Shown here one piece after another: positions 22,900 through 35,479 of a stretch of DNA of 64,000 bases. The DNA is from Mobula hypostoma. Taxonomy: Eukaryota. Each line of letters begins with the position of its first letter. Position 1 is the stretch's first letter. The stretch lies in contig NC_086097.1 of NCBI RefSeq assembly GCF_963921235.1, positions 70,682,001 through 70,746,000 on the forward strand, read 5' to 3'. The notes below the pieces were generated by a model. That model ran no database searches. It was not told where the DNA came from and saw only the letters and a list, made by a program, of their open reading frames with translations. The position numbers and the translations under genes were made by a program.

Positions 22900-24130
22900 T
22901 GTTGTGTGTTTAATTTTTAAGTAATGTTTGAATAATATTGTAAGTATATTGTTTGATTAAGTATTCTTTGTTGTTTCCATAATTCATTACGGGATATGTG
23001 TAAAAGTAGATGAAAAGCATATCTCATTATGCCACCATGTCATAAGTGTGCACCTCGTTACAAATAAAAACAAGCTAAGCACACACATCCCTGGACTCTC
23101 ATGCTTTTCTTTCAATTAGTTTTATGTTATAGAGTTACATAACATAACAGTGGTGACGAGGAAGTTTTAAAGAAACCCGAGACAACTACCTACCTGTTGA
23201 GGAGCAGTGAGACATTTATTAAAAGCAGGCAGAAAATGGACAAAATTCAAGTTCATTAACAGTGAGTACTGGGTAATAATAACAATAGAAATAATTCATT
23301 TTTAAAAAGAGCAGAAATGGCTGGCTGTATCAGAAAGATAAACGTGTTCCGTTGCACTGTGGATAACTGGTTGATATACACTGAGCAAACTGAACATTAT
23401 TTTGAAGTGAATGAAATAGCCAATGAGAATTGAGTACCAGTTTTACTGAGTGCATTGGGTGGAAAAGCATAGAGTTTGCTGAGAAGTTTAACTGCTCCAA
23501 CGCAACCAGCTGAAATAGGCTTTGCTGATATTGTGAAAGTAATGCGGGAACATTTAGATTCATAACCATTGATGATTGCAGAATGCTTTAGGTTTCATAA
23601 GCAAATCAAAAGGAAGGGGAGTTCATTTCATTGTACGTGGGTGAATTGAAGAGGTTGTCTGAGCATTCTTTGTGCAATGATGGGTTTAATGATGCTCTAA
23701 GAGATCATTTGGTTAGTGGAAATGTTCAAAAACGGCTCCCAACTGAAGCGCAACTCACATTTAACAGAGCGGTTGAAATCACTGTGTCAATTGAAACAAC
23801 AGACAGAGAAGCAAATGGGTTACAGTCAGGAATGAAAGTGAGCATGAACAAAATTGCAGTGTCTGGACTTGGGGTTCCCAACCCAGGGTCCATGGACCCT
23901 TCGGTTTAATGGTAGGGGTCCATGGCATAAGATGGCAGGGAACCCCTGGTCAAGATGGAGGCTTGTCTGCTGGACAGGGAAATTGTGTTACTGTTGTGGC
24001 AGGAGCTCACATGTTCCAGACCAATGTAGATTTAAAGGCGAATCTTCCAAAAAATGCAACAAAGTACATGTCGGGCAGACAACAATGGACTGGAGAAGGA
24101 AGAGAAAAAGATGAAAAGTCAAGTTTCAGG
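22900..24130 (+). mobile_element. Gypsy (Mag/K02A2.6-like) 5' LTR + PBS + decayed gag; same family as 31093-37644
   Basis: LTR TGTTG...TAACA at 22900-23149; PBS-like TGGTGACGAGG at 23151; zinc knuckles CYCCGRSSHVPDQC-RFK...CNKV. Confidence 0.85.
23869..23948. mobile_element. ~80-bp hAT-type MITE inserted in Gypsy gag
   Basis: TIRs GGGGTTCCC...GGGAACCCCTG; degenerate 8-bp flanks GTCTGGAC/GTCAAGAT; inverted copy at 40318-40398. Confidence 0.65.
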
Positions 24131-24289
24131 TGTTTCATCTCAGGGTTGTATACTGCATACATACTTCGATAATGAATGTACTTTGAACCTTTATTAACCC
24201 TGTGCCAATTTGTATGTGGCTCCGGTGACAATCCAGAGATCGTTATTCTTTTGGTTCTGCATTTTAATTTAGTTCCTCACTTTTCAAAT

Positions 24290-24720
24290 TCACTGACGCC
24301 CAGAAACTAGAAACTGCTCACACCTTTCATTGCTGACCCTCTCAATGCTGCGTGCTCTCCTGACTTCTCCTTCCTGAAGCTCACAATCTGTTCGTTGGTA
24401 TTGCTAATATTATGTGTGAGTTGGTCGTTGCTACACCACTAAATCAGCCCAGCTATCTTGCTTCTGCACTCTTCCTCATTGGTATGTACAATTCTCACAA
24501 GAGGGGTGTCATCAGCCAATTTATAGATGGTGTTTGTGCTGTGCTTAACCACACAGTCATGAGTGTAGAGACTAGAACAGTGGGCTACACATGCATCCTT
24601 GAGGTGCATCTATGTTGATAGTGAGGAGGAGAGTTTATTATCAAACCACACTAACTGTGGTCTCCTAATAAGGATGTCAGGGATCCAGTTACAGAGAGGT
24701 ACAGAGACTTAGGTTTTGAA
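24290..24720 (-). mobile_element. Decayed Rex1/Babar RT fragment
   Basis: Reverse strand gives HDCVVKHSTNTIYKLADDT-type RT motif. Confidence 0.6.
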
Positions 24721-27324
24721 CCTTAGTCAGGCTCTTGAAAGACAAAAATGAAGACTTCGGATTAAAATCATCCATTTTCTTAAATAGCTAAGTAGATTTA
24801 AGGGGCTGAATGGCCCACTCCTCCTATTTTCTATGTTACCATCACACCCTTGGAAATAAAATTAAGTTAGTGTTTACATTATTGTTTCAGTATTGGCTGT
24901 CATTGCTCAAGCGTATCAGAAGTTTTGATTGAAGCAGTCAGGCAGCACCTTCTTGTCAAAGTGTAAATTGACAGACGACTTTGGTCTGCACTATGTGCTA
25001 ATTGGATTACTCACTGTCAGCCCCTCTGGGGCCAGCAGGGTGGGTAGCACTGTGTTCTGTGGAAAACCGTAACAGTTATCTAATTGGATAACTCAGGCTG
25101 TTACACTTCATTGTATTTCACAAGGTACAAGAGCAAAAAGAACAAAGAATATCATTTGGTTTGATTAATAAAACTTATAAACCACTGATGCCAGCAGGAG
25201 GAACTCTGCCTGGCTGGATGCTGCAGACTAAACATGAACTTCATACAGTGTTTAGCTGAAAACATAAAAAAAAGAATATTTAAAACATAGTGTCTTTTTA
25301 GTAACCAGACTTTTAGGCATATGCATTCTTTTGTAGATAGGCTTGATGTCCTATCTAGCCCGTTATTTTCAGCTTGTGAGTGATCTGCTTGTCATTGAGA
25401 ATGACTGAATTACACATTTCAGGAAATGTCTGTTGTTGGTACAACTGTTAAGCAAGGGGGCTATGTAATTATATCAACTCTTAAGTTGCTGTAGAGAAAA
25501 TATTTCAATGATGCAATATGCTGTTTCAACAAATTACGTGAAGAAAATCATTAATTTTCTTAAAATGCACAAATAAAAATCAAGTCAATCTGAACTTGAT
25601 CATGTATGGCTCTGATGAACTGAGAATGTGTAGCTCGAATGAAGAATTGACAGGTAGCTTGTCTTGTGGTGTTTGATGGTGTTTAATTTTTCTCCAGCCT
25701 TGTTTTACAGCAAAATGTTGTGAGAGCACAATTTAAATTGTCAGTTTTAGTCAGCAGCTTGCATGTAAGGCAGTTGTAAAAACATTAGGTGCATTGTTGT
25801 GAAAACAAGAATACACATTCAAAGTGATCAGTAAGCACTGGAAAATGTGGTAATTATTCCAAATATTCTCTGTAGGTAATGTGGTGTTGACAATATGAAC
25901 ATTAACATGTAACATCTATTCATTGACCAAATCACAAATCCAAATCAAATATTTTAAGTCTTTGAGTTTGATTTTCCATTCTGCCCTGCTGTCCCTTCAA
26001 AGCATAGCTACATCTTAATCTATCATATAGAAAAGAAATTTTGCGTGTATTCTGGACAAATCTTGTTCTCAAATCTCCTTTGGCTGAATCTTAAAGTTTC
26101 CAACTCTCTAACCTCCTGCCGCTATTCCACATGTTCCTGATTATATCCTCCCTAATGCCTTTTCATGCCCTCCATTATTCTCATCCTCATCATTCCCCAT
26201 GATATATACCTGGAGACTCTATTTGCTTTAGTCCAAGGAACAGAGATTTGATGCATTTTTGGCTTAACCACTATCATCAGGTTTGTCAGGATATTAAGCA
26301 TCATTCGGTCGGTCTCCACATACTTAAACTGGACAATTTTCAAGTAATAGGGTACAGTTAGTCTCCAGCTCGATTACTGCTCCGGGGTCTCAATAAGTAG
26401 TCGGAGCTGTGCCTGCAGGAAGCTGGCAGGCCAGATGGAGCACAATCCAGGCCAGTGAAAATTGGAGCAATTTAGTGATGCAGAGTCGGTATTAAACTGT
26501 TAACCCCCCCAAAAAAAACTAATATTGTGGATGTGCATTTTGGTCTCATTTTCTATAATCTTGGAAATGTAAGCTATCTAATAATGAAAATCAAAGTTTA
26601 TCATGCCTTTTACCTAATATTGTAATCATGTTGCAACCTTTATTTACCTCAGTGTGTAATGTTTATAATTAAATGGTGGCTCGCTATCTCTTTGCATGTT
26701 ATGTGTGAGAGTTGTTGAAGTCATTGTTATTTCTGTCAGTTTGTGATGCCACAGCTCTCGTGGGGACGAGGGGGTTGGGGGGAGGGTGGAGGAAGGATCC
26801 CTTTGAGCTGATAGTTGATAACAGCCTGTATCAGAACATGGCAAGTCTTTCCACAGATATTGTTTGGTCCCAAGGGAACCTTTTTCAAGGTCAACCTAAT
26901 ACAGTGCTACTTCATTTGTGATTGTAATCCCCAAGCCAATAAATAGCTACACAGCAAATCAGCAAAATCACTTGATACCTTCAGCAACAGAAATATAAAT
27001 GGAGAGAACAAGCTTCTCCAATGCCTGTTTTTGTATAGCTTTGAATCATTGGTCAACACCTGAGCAGACTGAGGTGGAAATGTACTGGACTGCTGGTTGT
27101 ACCTTGAAGTCATTGCAAGCAAACACCCATGGAATGAATAGAGCTAGCTATTGACATTCTAGCATGTATTCGATACTGATGATGAAAGGTGAATTCTTCC
27201 CTCTGTCATGAATATAAAGACAGTAAGCTCAAGTTTTTCCCCGGAACTAATTTAGCCAAAATAAAAGTTTTGCTGGGCTGTGGACACAGTGCACAACAGT
27301 ACTTCAGCTGTGTTTTCTTAATGA

Positions 27325-27850
27325 AAATTTTTATCATCACCAGCATACAGTATATCGTGAAATTTGCTGTTTTGCAGCAGCAGTTCCGTGGAAGACATAA
27401 AAAATTACGGAAACTTAAAAGAACTGCAAAAGATAATGAATGAGGCAGTGCTCATGGACTCATTGACTGTTCAGAAATCTGATGATGGTGGGGAAGAAGC
27501 TGTTTCTAAACTATTGAGTGTGTGTCTTCAGATTCCTGCACATCTTCCCCGATGGTAGTAATATGAAGAGAGCATGTCCCACATGGTGACTGTCTTTAAT
27601 GATGGATACCTCCTGTTCAACATGCCATCGATAGCTGGGTGTGTTGTGCACGTGATGGGGCTATCTGACTCTACAACCCTGTGCAGCCTCTTGCAATCCT
27701 GTGCATCGGAGGCTCCATACCAGGCTGTGGTGCAACCAGTCAAAGCACTTTCCACTATACATCTGTAGAAGTTTGTGACTGTCTTTGGTGACTTGCCAAG
27801 TCTTCTCAAACTCCCTAAGGAAATAGAGCTGCTGATGTGCATGTGTTGGG
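27325..27850 (-). mobile_element. Rex1/Babar LINE 3' fragment
   Basis: ORF 27528-27842 LRRLGKSPKTVTNFYRCIVESALTGCTTAWYG...LHRVV. Confidence 0.85.
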
Positions 27851-28349
27851 CCTGAGGTATATCGGGAACCCAGACTCCTTGGTAGGAAGAACTGCTGAGA
27901 AATTACCCAGTTTTCATTGGCTTCCAGATGCATCTTGAGGCGAGGAATGGCAGAAGAAACACGGTTCAGTATTACTCAATAGGTCTTTCTAAGTTTGGCA
28001 TTTCTTCTTTAACTGAGCTCAAATTTGCAAATGTTTTTCTTCATTAAATTATGCTCTTTTAATAAGATAAATAATAACCATATTTTAGTCTGCATTATAG
28101 CATTGAGTCTTATTTGCAAGGAATTTCATTGCAAGAGTCCATGCCACTTAATGGATCAATTGTATTCATAAGGATGATCTCTCAAATCTTTGAAAGTGCT
28201 TTGCACAGCAGCACTGATATGTAGATAAGCACTTTGTGCATTGTACAATATCTTACAAATGTTAGTAGAATCAATGAGTTAATGATTGTGACGTTGTTGG
28301 TTGGATAAGAGACTAAGGACACTGGGGCAACATGGGAAGTTAATAGCAG

Positions 28350-29017
28350 CAAGTGGAACACCTATTGACCAATGGGTTACAATGGGTTGAGAGGGTAAAC
28401 AGCTTTAAGTTCTTCGGCTCCACATCACCGAAGACCTCATGTGGTCTGTATACACCAGCTGTGTGGTGAAAATAGCAACTCTTTCACCTCAGAAGGTTGA
28501 GGAAGTTTGGTATGGACCCCCAAATCCTAAGAACTTTCTACAGGGGCACGACTGAGAGCATCCTGACTGGCTGCATCACTGCTTGGTATGGGAACTGTAC
28601 CTCCCTTAATCGCAGGACTCTGCAGAGAGTGGTGCGGGCAGCCCAGCGCTTCTGTAGTTGTGAACTTCCTATGATTCAGTACATTTACAAAGACAGCTGT
28701 GTAAAAAGGGCCCGAAGGATCATTGGGGACCCGAGTCATCCCAACCACAATCTATTCCAGCTGTTACCATCCGGTAAATGGTACAGCAGCATAAACGCCA
28801 GGACTAACAGGCTCCAGGACCGCTTCTTCCACCAGGCTATCAGACTGATTAACTCACGCTGATTTAAGTGTACTCTGTTACATTGACTGTTCTATTTATT
28901 ATAAGTTATTATAAATTACTCTGATTTCACATTGCACACTTAGACGGAGACGTAACGTAAAGATTTTTATTCCTCATGTATGTGAAAGATTTTAGAAATA
29001 AAGTCAATTCAATTCAA
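28350..29017 (+). mobile_element. Rex1/Babar LINE 3' end
   Basis: ORF 28497-28862 FYRGTTESILTGCITAWYGNC...LLPSGKWY...FFHQAIRLIN; AATAAA + (CAATT)n tail. Confidence 0.9.
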
Positions 29018-29029
29018 CCTTCATCTCTG

Positions 29030-29305
29030 GCTGTAAGTTCAGGGTTCGATTCCTGCCACTGTCTTTAAGCAGTTTGTATGTTCTCCCCATGACTGCATGG
29101 GTTTCCTCCAGGTGCTTTGGTTTCCTCCCAGATTCCAAAGATGTACAGGGTAGTGTTAGTGAGTTGTGGGCATGCTATGTTGGTGCCAGAAATACGGAGG
29201 GACCTGCAGGCTGCCCAGCATAATCCTCTGATTTGATTTGATGCAAACGAAGCATTTCCCTGAATGGTTCAATGGACATGTGAGAAATACAGCTCATCTT
29301 TAGCT
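29030..29305 (+). mobile_element. V-SINE/HE1-like SINE
   Basis: B box GGTTCGATTCC then V domain TTTGTATGTTCTCCCCATGACTGCATGGGTTTCCTCCAGGTGCT. Confidence 0.75.
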
Positions 29306-29939
29306 TTACAATTCGCTCAAGATGCAGTCTTATGAGATCTGGCTTGAAGGGCCTCTTACTGTGTGGTATCGCTAAACAGAGAAAAAAAAAATAAAATATA
29401 AGAGTACAAGTCACAGTGGTAAACCTCCTCCTCAGATCCAAGAAAGAATATTCACTTATCAACTTCCCTTGTAAACCATCTGGTTATTCCTGTGTCAGCT
29501 TATTCTCCTTTCCTTGCTTTCCATGGGAAGTAGAGTTGGTTGTGAGGATTCCAATGATTTGGCACTCACAATCCTCCTTTTGAATTAATAGTCTCCATCT
29601 TTTATTTAAATGATTGACTTATCTACACCAATGCCAACAAATTAACTAAAATGTTCATTGCATGTATTGAAGAATTTGTTATTGGCAGGCTTCTTGCAGG
29701 TAACATCAAAATGGTATTATCTTACCTCCTGGCAACCCAATACATTTCAGTATTTGTTCGAGGCTCAGCCTAGATTATGATGACACTTAATGGAGTGGAG
29801 CTCCATTACAACTTCAGAAGTTACCAAATGAGTCAAGCCAGCTTTAACATAAAATCCTTCTACAATGGTAAAGCTGTTTGGAACTTCATTTTCATGGCTA
29901 CCTACCTGTGTTGATCTTTATAATGTAGACTATGACAGA

Positions 29940-30150
29940 ACAGAGCCTCTTATGATATTTAAGTAACCCCCTTGTGGACAGAGGAAGAAATTCGAGGATA
30001 TGCTTAGCAATACTTTGAACAGATACTCTGTATCCCCTGACTGCTATGGTTGCCTGGCTCATGACTGCCTAATATGGAAAAGAAGCATTTAGGGTGAGGC
30101 TTGAACATTGAGTTTGTTACATTAAGAGCACGCTGTAGTTCAACATAAAG
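29940..30150 (+). mobile_element. Highly decayed RTE LINE 3' fragment
   Basis: GQRKKFEDML resembles the RTE C-terminal GQRKRFKDTL motif. Confidence 0.4.
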
Positions 30151-33100
30151 TGGCAGAAGTTGTCTGGAATTGAATAAGTTGGTTCAGTAGACATACAGGA
30201 ATTTTGGTTGACTTTAGAAAGCTAGGCTGCTTTCTTTTGGAATGTTTCCATCACACATTAAAGTACGCAGATGTGTAGGTATAATGGCTAAACAGTTCTT
30301 CCTTAGTTCTTGCTTTAAGTAATAGAGTCACTGCTGAAATATCGACTGGAATATATCTTTAAGAAATACAGACTTCTAAGTCTTTTGTAAAGAAGCCTAC
30401 CCAAGAGGAATGGATAAAGGGTTGCATTTGATGAAGTACATGAGGTACCTTCAGTGACCACTGTACAATGTTTGAAGATAAATAGGAAAAATGGGCCACT
30501 GTAAGTTATGCAAATATATTCAGGTAATTTTCTTTTGTGTCATTTCCAGATGAAATGGTGTAGGTTTTCTGTGACTATTGTTCTGCTTGTCAATCTTATA
30601 ACAAACCCACTGAGGAAATTGCCATAACCTTTATGTGGAGTTGTTGATTATATGTTTGAACAAGTCTTCTGTGAAATTATACAGTTTCCATTGTATGCAT
30701 TCAGCATTCAGTAATTTCAAATGGGATTAATGGGATTAATACATAATATTGTGTACCATTAAATCTTGACTGCTTTCTTAACACAATATTGGATAATTCA
30801 AAGCTATTATTGTTTTTTAATGTCTTCTGAACTCATTATGATTAAAATATAATTTCTCCTTTTAGTTAAAAAAACAATGAAAATATTTTAATTTTTGAAA
30901 CTTTTATTTGTGGTTGGCAGTCACATTGTCATGTAGCAATTCCAATTTTTTAAAGGAATTGACTTTTCTGGCCATTGCTTGCAAAAGTAACAGGAAATTT
31001 CATTGATAACTGGTATCTGTAGACTAAATGAAATCTGAATTGCAATATTTACGTAAACATATCTACTCTGCCCAGTTTTATGTCCACATTTTTGATCTGT
31101 ATTTAATATTTCACTAATGTTTAAGTAATATTGTAGATATTTTGTTTGATTAATTGTTCTTGTTTGTTTAAATAATTCATAACAGTTCTATGTAAAAGTA
31201 TGTCATCATGCCACCACATCATATGGGTGCATCTTGCTTAAAGTAAAGACAAATGTACATGAGTTATTTCCCATCTCCATGTTTCCTTTCAATTATTTTT
31301 ATGTTTTTGAGTTAAAAAACATAACAGTAGTGATGAGGTATTTTTAAAACAAACCTGAAATGACGTTCGAGTTTTTAAGAAGTGCAGCAAGAAACAATGG
31401 AGTAAAGAAAAACAGTGCAGCATATGTCTCTTCGGAAGGGAGGGAGAGAAGATGGTTGAGTTTAAAAAAGGGGAAAAAAGGAATAAATTCACAGGTTTAT
31501 ATACAGTGAGTACTGAGTGATAATAATAATAAAATTGCAGAGATGACTAGCTACATTGGAACAATAGATGTATTCAATTGCTCAAGTGATAACTGGGTAT
31601 TGTTTACTGAGCCAATTAAGCAGTATTTTAAAGCAAATGGAATAGCTGATGATAAGCAGGTGCCAATTTTGCTGAGTGTATTTGGTTTAAAGGCATACAG
31701 TTTGCTTAGAAATTTGATTGCTCAAAACAAACCAGCCGAAATGAGCTTTGCTAGCATTTGAAACTAATGCAGGAAGATTTAGAACTGAAGCCATTGTTGA
31801 TTGCAGAACACTTTAGGTTTCATAAGTGGAAGCAAGAGGAAGCAGAGTCCATTTCAGCTACGTGGCTGAATTGAAGAAGTTGTTTGAGCATTGTCTGTTG
31901 AATGGTGAGCTTAATAATGCACCGAGACATTGTTTAGTTTGTGGAATCTTACAAGAAAGCATTCAAACCCTAACCAACATTTAAAAGAACAGTTGAAATT
32001 GCTGTTTCAATGGAAACAGCAGGCGGATGCAATTGAGTTGCTGCATTGTGCGAACATGAACAAAATTGCAATAACAAAACAGAAACCAACCTGGCTGAAC
32101 AATTTTTGTTACTGTTGTGGCAGGGGCTCACATACACCAGACCAATGCAGAATTAAAGGTGAAACTTGCAGAAAATGCAACAAAGTCGGGCACATACTAA
32201 GAACATGTTGGGCAAATAAAAATAAATAGACTGGTCATGGAAGAGATAAAGGTAAAATCAACTTGCGGTTTCAAAAAAGGGTCTGGTTTGCATACTCCTG
32301 ATGAAAAATCTGATAGTAATGAGTGTGACACAGTATTGGGAAGCTTTGAGATTTACTATGTGTAAACTAACAAGAGACAAGTAATATGGCTTGTGCCAGA
32401 AGTGATCAGCAAATTAATTAAAGATTAGAAGTTGGACACTGGCTTGACTGTTTCAGTCATTCCACAAAATGAGTTTGAATGGCATTTCAAAGATACTGAC
32501 CTGTAGCCTGCAAATATCCAACTAAGGACCTACACTGGAGAAAAGATAACTCCTGTGGAAATTACATTTGTAACTGTGAAATACAACAACCAACAAGCCA
32601 CATTGGGCTGGTGTATGATAAAAACAAGAGGACAAGCATTGTGGGGGCGTGATTGGCTGGGACAACTGAAACCACCATTTGCCTGCCAGATCCCTGCATT
32701 AGAGTCAATTGAAAGCTAATTAATAAAGATGATACCACAGCAGTGTTGAATGATGGTGTTGGAGAACTCAAACATATCCAGGGTAAAGTAGTGTTATATA
32801 AAAATGCCACACCCAAGTTTTACAAAGCCCACCTGTGTCCTTATACCATCTGTGATAAAGTAGCCAGTGAGCTAGATTGTATGGAGGCTGAGGATTTCTT
32901 TCCAAGGTTGAATAGAGCCTACGGGCAACACCAGTGGTCCCAGTAGCCAAGAGGAATGGGTCTTTCAGGATCTGTGATGATTTCAAGATCACCATCAACC
33001 CAGTACTGAAAGTTGATCAAAACCCTCTGCACAGGGTAGAGGATATCTTCCTGGACTTAGCTGAGGCCTACCTACAGATGGAGATAGGAGAAGAGTCCAA

Positions 33101-35479
33101 AATATTTCTCACCATAAACACTCACAAATGATTTTATTGATAGGCTTCTTTCAGCAGTAGCATCTGCATCTGCACTCTGACAGAGATCTGTGGAACAGGT
33201 ACTGCAAAGCTGCCCAGGCACTCAGTGTTACCTGACACCATTGTTACTGGTGAGGGTGACATGGAACATCTCCAAAATCTCAACACAATGTTAAAAAGAT
33301 TAAAAGATTATGGGCACAGAGCATGATGCTACGAGTGTGAATACTTTAACCAAGCATCACCTATTGTGGTCACACCATTGACACACAAGTTTATACAGTA
33401 GTGTTGCAAAAATTCAAGCATTGGAGGATACCCCAAGGCTAAAGGGGATGTCATAGTTGTGAGCCTTTTAGAATTTATCAACTACAAGAACTGGTTCCTG
33501 CCAAACCTGGCTACCGTGTTCATTACTACAGATCAGGAAGAAGTGGCAACGGACTTTGAACTGGTTACTACAGATCAGGAAGAAGTGGCAATGGACAAGC
33601 AGTATGAGGTGGCTTTCCAAAAGGCAAAGGAAATGGTGATGTCAGGCACTATACTTGTTATGATCCACATCATCCAGTGAAGCTTGCCTGTGATGCCTTA
33701 CCTTATGTATAGGTGCAGATTGTCACACGTTATGAGTGATGGAAGTGCACACCCCATAGCCTTTGCATCATGCTCCCTTACCACTGCAGAGAAAAATTAC
33801 ACACGAATTGACAGAGAGGCCTTGAGTCAGGTTTTGAGGTGTAAAATATTTCAACCAGTATTGGTATGGGAGAGAGTATACTGTTATGATCATCAACCAC
33901 TAGTGTCCATTTTCAGTCCACAGAAGGATGTTCCACTAACAGTAACAGCACGAATGCAGAGATGGGCCCTGTTTCTTGCAGGACACATTACAAAATTGAC
34001 TTCAAGAGGACAACTAATCACAGAAATGCCAATGGATTGTCCCGTTTACCCTTGGGAAAGGAAATAACTAAAAACTTTATAAAAGAAGACATTCCTCTTG
34101 ATGTATTCTCCCTATTGCAAATCGAAAGTCTCCCTATAACGGCAGAGATGCTTGAAAGGGAAAGCAGAAAAGACCCTGCATTGTCTCAGGTCTACATGAT
34201 CACCTAAAATGGCTGGAATGTGCAACAGAAACTCTAGTTCCCCCATTTTTGCCAGCTTTAGGGTGGACTTGCCCATGTGGGAATTGAGAGTTGTACCACC
34301 CAAGCTGAGAGCTGAAATGCTGGAGGAGTTAACAGTACATGCTGGTCATCCAGGTGTGGTTAAAATGAAAGCATTGGCTTGAAGCTTTGTTTGGTGGTTT
34401 GGGATCAGCAGATCAAACAGCTTGCCATGCTCTGTGTGGGATGCCAAGAGCAGCACCTCTCCATCCCTGGGAATGGCTGGTATTGCCCTGGCAGAGAGTT
34501 CATGTGGATTTTGCTGGACCATTCATGGGCACAAATTTCTTGGTAGTAGTGGGTGCAGCTACAAAGTGGCCAGGAGTGTTCCCAATCACCACCACTATAG
34601 CCTCACACACTTTTGATATGGTTAGAAGCCTCTTTGAAGGACTGGTGTTCCAGATCATTCATTAGGTGACAACAGACCACAGTTTGTTGTGGAACAGTTT
34701 TAGTCGTTCTTGAAAATGAATGGAATATGAGATATTACATTTGCACCATACCAGCTAGCTACAAATAGTTTGGCGAAAAGATTTGTCCCGAGTCTAAAGA
34801 ACATTCTACGACCATTCTCAGCAGACACACTACATTGACACTGAATCAGAAACTCGCTGATTTACTCCTTGCATATTGCGATACAGCACACCCCACAACC
34901 AACAAATCAGCTATGCTGTCTGGGTCGTCCCTTGTATTTACGCGTGAATCTCCACAAACCCAATCTCAGAAAGAGTATGCAAGGCAAACAGCTGAGACAA
35001 ATTGAGGGCTTCTGTAACAAGGAGGCTCAATATTTCACTCCTGGCCATCAGTCTTGGCAAGGGACGACAGAGGTGATCAAAAGTCGGTTCTCGGAAATAT
35101 CAAGGATGGAACTGGACCACTTTCCTACACATAGAGATTGTGACTGATATCACCTGGAGACGACACAGTGATCAGTGGAGAGCAGAGTCAACTGATGGAG
35201 AGGAAAGGTGTCCAGAGCCATCGGACCATTTCCTGCAGTCCCAGAGTCAACTCCTACAACCACCACAGAGGAGGCCTCAGAAGCTGAGATGGTTTCAAAG
35301 CCACAAGTTTCACCTTCTTGTCAGGATAGATGTTACCCCACAAGAGTAAGAAAGTCTTCACAGCAATTAAATCTTTAGGCCTGAATGGGACAATGTAAAG
35401 TTTACTATGCTGTGGATGACTATATATAGTATAGTTCTATTATATAGTATATATCTCTGCAGAAATGTATTCTATATTG

